Positions 59,666-64,000 of a stretch of DNA of 64,000 nucleotides are shown here, one piece after another. This DNA comes from a bacterium (GTDB taxonomy: Bacteria; Krumholzibacteriota; Krumholzibacteriia; LZORAL124-64-63), in assembly GCA_031441465.1 (NCBI GenBank), contig JANOEP010000010.1:1-64000 (forward strand). Reading direction: 5' to 3'. The notes beneath the pieces are model-generated. The model saw only the letters and a program-made list of their open reading frames with translations. It did no database searches and was not told the origin of the DNA. The position numbers and the translations under genes are program-made. Numbering within the stretch: the stretch's first letter is position 1; every line of letters starts with the position of its first letter.

Positions 59666-60328
59666 ATGAACAAACTACACTCGATCTTGTGTTGCTGTGC
59701 CGTCGTCACCGTCCTGGCCGGCGGCGCCCAGGCCCAGAACGGGACCTGCCTCAACAACCTCGTCACCAACGGCGACTACACCGCCGGGCTGGTCTACGGG
59801 TCGATGCCGTCAGCGTCCGTGACCGGCTGGTCGCTGCTGACCCAATCCCCGCAGGTCACCGACGACGGCTGCAACGACCTCGGTTCGATCCAGATGTGGG
59901 GCAACCTGGTCGTCGGCGAGTCGGTCAAGCAGAACCTGCCCGGTGTCGGCATCGAGGCCGGCAAGCAGTACCGGGTCACGGTCTGCTACCGCTGGCTCGA
60001 CACCGGCAACACGATCATCCCCGCGTACGTGCGGTTCCGGTTGACGGTCGCCGGCGCCACGCCGACCACTTACCCGCCCACTTCCGGCTACGACCTGATC
60101 GGCTCCACGCCGAACACGTCGTCGGCCAACTGGACGACCTACACGTTCCCGATCTGGACGGCGCCGAACAATGCTTCCTGGCTCACCATCAATCCGGAGA
60201 ACGACGAGTCGCTGAACCACGGCGACCACGTCTCCTGGGGTCGCATCGACAACGTCTGCATCGAGCTCGTGGATCCCGTCGCGTCCGAGAATGCGGACTG
60301 GGGCACGATCAAGGGCACCTACCGGTAG
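59666..60328 (+). CDS. Secreted beta-sandwich (CBM-like) protein with a C-terminal WGxIK-type tail
   Basis: Signal peptide ending AQA; NLVTNGD, WTTYTF, IDNV; ends VASENADWGTIKGTYR; AAGGAG RBS. Confidence 0.7.
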   Translation: MNKLHSILCCCAVVTVLAGGAQAQNGTCLNNLVTNGDYTAGLVYGSMPSASVTGWSLLTQSPQVTDDGCNDLGSIQMWGNLVVGESVKQNLPGVGIEAGKQYRVTVCYRWLDTGNTIIPAYVRFRLTVAGATPTTYPPTSGYDLIGSTPNTSSANWTTYTFPIWTAPNNASWLTINPENDESLNHGDHVSWGRIDNVCIELVDPVASENADWGTIKGTYR

Positions 60329-60346
60329 ATCCCGTGCCGGTCTGTG

Positions 60347-60378
60347 CGGCCGCCTTCCCCGGGGGAGGCGGCCGTTTT
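60347..60378 (+). terminator. Intrinsic terminator
   Basis: CGGCCGCCTTCC...GGGAGGCGGCCG followed by TTTT. Confidence 0.7.
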
Positions 60379-60498
60379 CGTGCTCGCCGGTCTCATGCGT
60401 GATCGTTCCCGCCCCGCCGCCTGCGGAAACCTCTTGCCCCCTGAGGTGTTCACGGCCATCATCCGCTCAGGACGACCAGCCACGGAGGACTGCCGCCC

Positions 60499-61179
60499 AT
60501 GCACCTGCCCACGTCGCGCGCGGCGCCGTCATGCCGCTTATCCCGATGCCTCCTGACCCGGCGCATCCCGTTCGCGCTCCTGATCATCCTGCTGTCGGCC
60601 GGCTCCCTGGCGGCGGCGACCGATGGCTGCTACGTCGTGCGCGACGGCGATTCGCTGGGCCGGATCGCGACGCGCTGCGGCACCTCGGTGGCCGAGATCA
60701 GCCGCCACAACGATCTTTCCGGCGACATCGTCCACGTCGGCCAGATCCTGCGGATCACCGCCCCCTTCCAGCAGATTCACCCGGACAAGATTTCTTGGCG
60801 CCACCCGTACGAAGGCCGGCTCGGGCGCGTCCTGCGTTCCTTCGGCGCCCAGGCGGGTGCGATCGTGGCGCGCCGTACCGGCACCGACATCGCGTACCCC
60901 GCCGGGGGAGCGGTCCTGGCCCCCGCCAACGGACTCGTGCGCTACGTGGGTGAGCAGGCCGGGTACGGCACCCTGGCCATCATCGACCACGGCGGCGGCT
61001 TCACGACGGTCTTCGCGCCCCTGGATCCCGCAGGGCTCGAGATCGAGACGGGCCGGATCGTCCTGAAGGGGGAGTCCCTGGGACGTTGCGGCTCGCCGGT
61101 CGAGGGCCGGGAGCCCTACCTGCACGTCGAGTTGAGGGTCAAGAGCGAGGCGGTCGACCCGTCGCGCCTGCTGCGCTGA
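60499..61179 (+). CDS. LysM + M23 (NlpD-like) protein with degenerate zinc site
   Basis: YVVRDGDSL..IA...N.L...I.VGQ.L (LysM); GTDI, V.YVG...GYG..IIDH, LHVELR, VDP. Confidence 0.85.
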   Translation: MHLPTSRAAPSCRLSRCLLTRRIPFALLIILLSAGSLAAATDGCYVVRDGDSLGRIATRCGTSVAEISRHNDLSGDIVHVGQILRITAPFQQIHPDKISWRHPYEGRLGRVLRSFGAQAGAIVARRTGTDIAYPAGGAVLAPANGLVRYVGEQAGYGTLAIIDHGGGFTTVFAPLDPAGLEIETGRIVLKGESLGRCGSPVEGREPYLHVELRVKSEAVDPSRLLR

Positions 61180-61220
61180 CCTGGAGTCCCAACCCACGAC
61201 GGCCGGATCGGAGACCTCCC

Positions 61221-61745
61221 GTGGACCTCAGCAACGTCATCCGCGCCGTGCCCGACTTCCCCAAGCCGGGCATCCTGTTCCGCGACATCACGCCGGTCCT
61301 GAACGATCCTGCGGCCTTTCGCGCCGCGCTGGACGGGATGGCCGCCCTGGTGCGCGACGTGCCCAGCGACCGCCTGGCCGCTTTGGAATCCCGCGGCTTC
61401 CTCTTCGCCGCGCCTCTGGCCCGGCAGTGGGGGAAGGGCCTGGTCGCGATGCGCAAACCCGGCAAGCTGCCCGCAGACACGATCTCCGAGTGCTACGCGC
61501 TGGAATACGGCACCGCCACCCTGGAGGTCCACCGCGACGCGATCCAGCCGGGCGAGCGCGTGCTGATCGTCGACGATCTGCTGGCGACCGGCGGCACCGC
61601 CGCGGCGGCCGCCGCGCTGGTGCGGCGTTTGGGCGGCGCTGTGGCTGGTCACCTGTTCCTGGTCGAACTGGAGGGGCTGGGCGGTCGCGCGCGGTTGGCC
61701 GGCGATCAGGTGTTTTCGCTTGTCAAATTTCCGGAGCACGGCTAG
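61221..61745 (+). CDS. apt: Adenine phosphoribosyltransferase
   Basis: VPDFPKPGILFRDIT, ESRGF, RKPGKLP, YALEYG, VDDLLATGGT. Confidence 0.96.
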   Translation: MDLSNVIRAVPDFPKPGILFRDITPVLNDPAAFRAALDGMAALVRDVPSDRLAALESRGFLFAAPLARQWGKGLVAMRKPGKLPADTISECYALEYGTATLEVHRDAIQPGERVLIVDDLLATGGTAAAAAALVRRLGGAVAGHLFLVELEGLGGRARLAGDQVFSLVKFPEHG

Positions 61746-61748
61746 TTT
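61720..61748 (+). promoter_or_regulatory. Candidate promoter for tRNA-Arg
   Basis: TTGTCA-17 nt-TAGTTT. Confidence 0.5.
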
Positions 61749-61840
61749 GCCGTTTCCGGCCTTCACCGGTGCGATGGAACGGTCTCGCCCGCCCGGGACC
61801 GGTTCCAGATCAGATGCACTCGCCCTGGATCAGCCCGGGT

Positions 61841-61917
61841 GCCCCAGTAGCTCAGCTGGATAGAGCACCGGTTTCCTAAACCGGGGGTCGCAGGTTCGAG
61901 CCCTGTCTGGGGTACCA
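61841..61917 (+). tRNA. tRNA-Arg (CCT)
   Basis: GCCCCAG/CTGGGGT acceptor stem, CCGGT-TTCCTAA-ACCGG anticodon arm, GGTTCGAGCCC, CCA. Confidence 0.95.
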
Positions 61918-61944
61918 ATCGCTCGGCGCTTCCTCGCGCGTCAG

Positions 61945-61972
61945 AAACCCCGGGACGTCTCGGGGTTTTTTT
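61945..61972. terminator. Terminator between tRNA-Arg and the convergent PqqD-like gene
   Basis: AAACCCCGGGA-CG-TCTCGGGGTTT plus T-run. Confidence 0.7.
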
Positions 61973-62411
61973 ACCTGTTGATCCCCATCGCCGCCGCGGT
62001 CGGGTGCGGATCCCGCAGCCGCACGAAACCGTGCCTTTCCAGTTCCATCAGGAATAGCCAGACGCGCTCGCTCGCCTGATCGGCTTGATCCGGGTGCGCA
62101 GCCACGAACCCGCGCATGAGATCGGCGACGTTGCGGCGGCCATCCAGCTGTCGCCAGATCGTGCTGCCGAAAACCTCGAGACGCACCTCGACGTGCGCCC
62201 GCCGGGCCGGCAACCGCGCCTGGAGCCAGCGCGCCGCGGGCCCGCTGCGGAATCGGGGCACCAGCAGCACGAGCCTCGAGCCGTCGCCATCGGTGGCCGG
62301 ATCCTCGCGGGAGGCGACCAGTGGCTGCGGCACCAATTCCAGGATCCGGGCACCTTCGTCCCAGGATCGTCGCGCGCCGCCGCGCGCCCAGGTCCGGACC
62401 CGATCCCACAT
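61971..62411 (-). CDS. PqqD/RRE-like protein
   Basis: VRLEVFGSTIWRQLDGRRNVADL...F....ER...FL.EL...GFV; GGAGG RBS. Confidence 0.75.
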   Translation of the reverse strand: MWDRVRTWARGGARRSWDEGARILELVPQPLVASREDPATDGDGSRLVLLVPRFRSGPAARWLQARLPARRAHVEVRLEVFGSTIWRQLDGRRNVADLMRGFVAAHPDQADQASERVWLFLMELERHGFVRLRDPHPTAAAMGINR

Positions 62412-62636
62412 GCGTTCCCGCCTCCGGTGTCATGCCATTTTCCACCGTCATCCACGCCGCCGCCGCGACGCTAACACCGCCGACGCCAACGGACAAGCTC
62501 GGTCGTCGGCAGGCGCCGCCTCAGCCGCGCACGATCCGTTCTGCGCTTTCCAACTTCTCGGCGATCCGTTACACTGCCGTTGTCGCCGATCATCGGCACG
62601 ACCCCGAACCGCCGCCGCGCAGAGGAAAGGACCGCC

Positions 62637-62990
62637 ATGAACGAGCCGACCGCCACGGAACGCTGGTGGGCCGCCTCCTGCTACGTCAGTGCTCTGGTCG
62701 TGCTGCCCATCCTGATGGTGGAGCACAAGGGGGAGTACCTGGCCCGGCACTGCCGCCAGGGATTCACCTTGCTCGCGGCCGAAGTCGTCCTGTTGTTGGT
62801 GCTCGGGATCATCGACGCCAGCCTCGGGCGCATCCCACTGCTCGGCATGCTGCTGTCCATCGTCCTGCACCTGGTCGGCCTGCTGACCTGCCTGGGCATC
62901 TCCGCGCTCGGATTCGCCCGCGCCCTGGCCGGCGAGTCCTGGAACCTGCCGTTCCTCGAGGACTTCGCCCAGCAGGTCCCGATCCACTGA
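62637..62990 (+). CDS. Small membrane protein (DUF4870/Tic20-like)
   Basis: AASCY, Y.RHCRQG, three hydrophobic helices, ALAGE.WNLP. Confidence 0.7.
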   Translation: MNEPTATERWWAASCYVSALVVLPILMVEHKGEYLARHCRQGFTLLAAEVVLLLVLGIIDASLGRIPLLGMLLSIVLHLVGLLTCLGISALGFARALAGESWNLPFLEDFAQQVPIH

Positions 62991-63061
62991 ATAGAAACCC
63001 ATTGCTACGAGGGGAGCGACGTCACGCTGAACCGGCGTCTCTCATAACGCCGACTTCATTG

Positions 63062-63089
63062 ATTGCGCATAATGTATATTATGTTAAGT
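63062..63089 (+). other. dif: dif site (XerC/XerD chromosome dimer resolution site)
   Basis: ATTGCGCATAA-TGTATA-TTATGTTAAGT; 25/28 identical to E. coli dif GGTGCGCATAA-TGTATA-TTATGTTAAAT; intergenic between convergent genes. Confidence 0.92.
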
Positions 63090-63104
63090 CAGCACTTGGC
63101 GTGA

Positions 63105-64000
63105 TCAAGAAGCGCAGATCTCCAGGATCGCCCTCTCAAGGATCATCTCAGGCTCCAACGGACTGCTCTTCATGGCAGCCTCACAGCGATGGCAAGCCCG
63201 CAACGCCCGTTCCACCGTGGCGTCGCCCCACAGACGCGCCGTCTCGCCGGATTGGCGGGCGGCGAACGGCGTGATGCCCAACAGACCCGGCACCGATTTC
63301 TCCGGTTGCCCATCGGCATGCAACGCAGCCACCTGGACCACTTGCTTGATCCGCCAGATGAGCAACGGCGCCAGTTCGAACGCCGACCGTCCCTCGGACA
63401 GGAACCGGTGGAACGCCGCCAGTCCTTCGCGCTCGCGCCCAGGACCGAGCTGCTTGACCAGTTCGAAGGGATCAATCGCCCGCTGCTCCAGGATCACGGC
63501 CCTCAACGCCGCCTCGTCCAGACCGTCTTTCGCTTCACCGGCGATCAGGGCCAACTTGTCGAGTTCGCCGTCCAGGGCGTGCAGGTCGTCGCCGACGAGC
63601 TCGACCAGCATTTCGGCCAGATCCAGAGCCAGAGGCAGTTTCTTGTCCTTGGCGCGACGGACAGTCCAATCCACGAGATCACGCCCGCTCGGCGGCGCCA
63701 TTTCGTAAAAATACCCGGCGGTCTTGCAGGCCTTGACCCAGGATTTCCGGCCGTCCACCTTTTCGGACATCAGGACGAGGGTCGTGGCCGCGACCGGGTC
63801 GGCCAGGTAGCGCTGCAAGGCCAGTTCGGAGGCCGCGTCCCCGACCATCTGTTCGGCCCGCTTGACCCAGATCACCTGGCGGTCGCCGAACATCGGGTAG
63901 CTGCGGGCTTGCTGGAGGATACGGTCGCAACCCGCCTGGTCACCGTCGAATACGTGGGAATTGAAGGCGGAGCCCGAAGCGCCGAGCAGCTTGTTCACGA
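63105..64000 (-). CDS. holA: DNA polymerase III subunit delta (5' end beyond the window)
   Basis: FN...FDG, PMFGDRQVIWVK, VDGRK, VGDDL..L..ELDKL. Confidence 0.88.
   Translation of the reverse strand, partial: VNKLLGASGSAFNSHVFDGDQAGCDRILQQARSYPMFGDRQVIWVKRAEQMVGDAASELALQRYLADPVAATTLVLMSEKVDGRKSWVKACKTAGYFYEMAPPSGRDLVDWTVRRAKDKKLPLALDLAEMLVELVGDDLHALDGELDKLALIAGEAKDGLDEAALRAVILEQRAIDPFELVKQLGPGREREGLAAFHRFLSEGRSAFELAPLLIWRIKQVVQVAALHADGQPEKSVPGLLGITPFAARQSGETARLWGDATVERALRACHRCEAAMKSSPLEPEMILERAILEICAS

Overview
High-GC bacterial chromosome segment. A SecA with a PPXD insertion, a Big_5-type lipoprotein, LapAB and a secreted protein ending in a WGxIK-type tail suggest (inference only) an FCB-associated candidate lineage such as Krumholzibacteriota/Latescibacterota/Eisenbacteria. 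Bases ~390-48360 are a dense, almost all plus-strand housekeeping region: secA (5'-truncated), topA, trmFO, xerC, hslVU, argF, dapF/A/B, rpsT, uvrC, xerD, trpS, scpAB, rluB-like, hisC, aroF, cmk-plsC fusion, rpsA, mtaB, miaB, lapAB, mutS/mutL, miaA, der, plsY, gpsA, surE, pcm and three tRNAs. After tRNA-Pro(CGG) a ~12 kb accessory-looking block separates surE-pcm from nlpD-like/apt. It holds a lower-GC Schlafen/AlbA_2-HATPase_c_4 gene, an ABC exporter, a secreted protein and a five-gene minus-strand operon: DUF485, ActP-type symporter, porin, a membrane receptor with TM-sCache_2-TM-PAS-DUF294 nucleotidyltransferase architecture and no kinase, and a calcineurin-like phosphoesterase. That operon is the best candidate for an undescribed system (a ligand-gated nucleotidylation writer/eraser pair linked to carboxylate uptake). 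A fourth tRNA (Arg-CCT) follows apt, and a near-consensus dif site lies at 63062-63089. The left edge has a suspicious histidine-kinase/secA junction that may be an assembly chimera. Family calls are from motif recognition by eye, not database searches.
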